From contig CM030337.1 in assembly GCA_017654855.1 (NCBI GenBank), positions 4,092,001-4,156,000 of the forward strand: a stretch of 64,000 nt of DNA, in the 5' to 3' direction. The position numbers and the translations under genes were made by a program. Under the pieces are notes generated by a model, which saw only the letters and a program-made list of their open reading frames with translations, was not told the DNA's origin and did no database searches. This document shows positions 63,537 to 64,000 of this stretch, piece by piece. Source of the stretch: Podospora anserina (lineage: Eukaryota). Positions within the stretch are counted from its first letter, which is position 1. The number at the start of each line of letters is the position of its first letter.

Positions 63537-64000
63537 ATGCCGTTGAAGCAACAGTCGCTATACGCCACCTTTGGCACTTCATCCACCGGAGGCCAGAATA
63601 ATGATAATAACCGAGTCGAGCTAACGGCCGGGGCAAGACTGCGAGACTGGACAGCAAGGTCAAACACGGACGAGGACGATGATGCCAGATCACAATATGG
63701 CTCCGAGATTAGCAAAGAGGACGCAGATGTCACCACGGCCTTGATATTCACCGAGGGCGGCCCCCTCGGCGAGCCAGAGCCAAAAAGGGGACGGTTTTGG
63801 TTTTCACCCCCTGGAGGCAAGGGGGAGGAAACGGATCTTGATGCCATCGCCACGCAACGAAGTGTTTTTGACGACCCTGACCTGGCGGGACAATATCAAC
63901 CACAACCAGACTGGTATGCTGTTTCTGCCCGCTTACATATCCTCGTTTTCGGGCTGGTCCTGACAGTAATCATAGGGAAAACATCCATCGCTTCGACCCG
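63537..64000 (+). CDS. MFS transporter (allantoate-permease-like), 5' end only; start may lie upstream near 63260
   Basis: DLDAIATQRSVFDDP..YQPQPDW, an intron (GTATGC..CTGAC..TAG), then ENIHRFDP: an N-terminal signature of this fungal MFS group. Confidence 0.7.
   Translation, partial: MPLKQQSLYATFGTSSTGGQNNDNNRVELTAGARLRDWTARSNTDEDDDARSQYGSEISKEDADVTTALIFTEGGPLGEPEPKRGRFWFSPPGGKGEETDLDAIATQRSVFDDPDLAGQYQPQPDWYAVSARLHILVFGLVLTVIIGKTSIAST

Overview
Gene-dense, intron-containing DNA from a filamentous ascomycete. Short GT..CTRAC..YAG introns and the gene content suggest Sordariales, possibly Podospora-like (inference). About 1-44 kb is accessory-type: SDR, two SAM methyltransferases, tyrosinase, secreted flavoenzymes, amino-acid permease, DUF3176 protein, kinase-HET gene, second kinase, bacterial-type subtilisin, AAA ATPase, GH16 and several orphans. 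About 45-59 kb is housekeeping (alpha/beta hydrolase, sterol-desaturase-like, IML2, SEM1, PGK, SYM1/Mpv17), followed by a laccase and the 5' end of an MFS transporter. There are two tRNA genes (Asn-GTT and intron-containing Gly-CCC). Most striking observation: the ~530 nt that looks intergenic between the kinase and HET ORFs (21638-22168) parses as eight back-to-back phase-0 introns separating six 3-nt exons and one 6-nt exon, joining kinase and HET into one ~1265-aa protein. That gene sits head-to-head with a related kinase, with a 65-aa spliced gene between them. Also found: a 154-bp hAT-like MITE truncating an ORF, an in-frame TAG in an A-to-I-favourable context in a BBE-like oxidase, an in-frame TGA in a Dabb gene, and a GC-AG intron. 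All gene models were spliced by hand; no database search was run, and family calls rest on recognised motifs.
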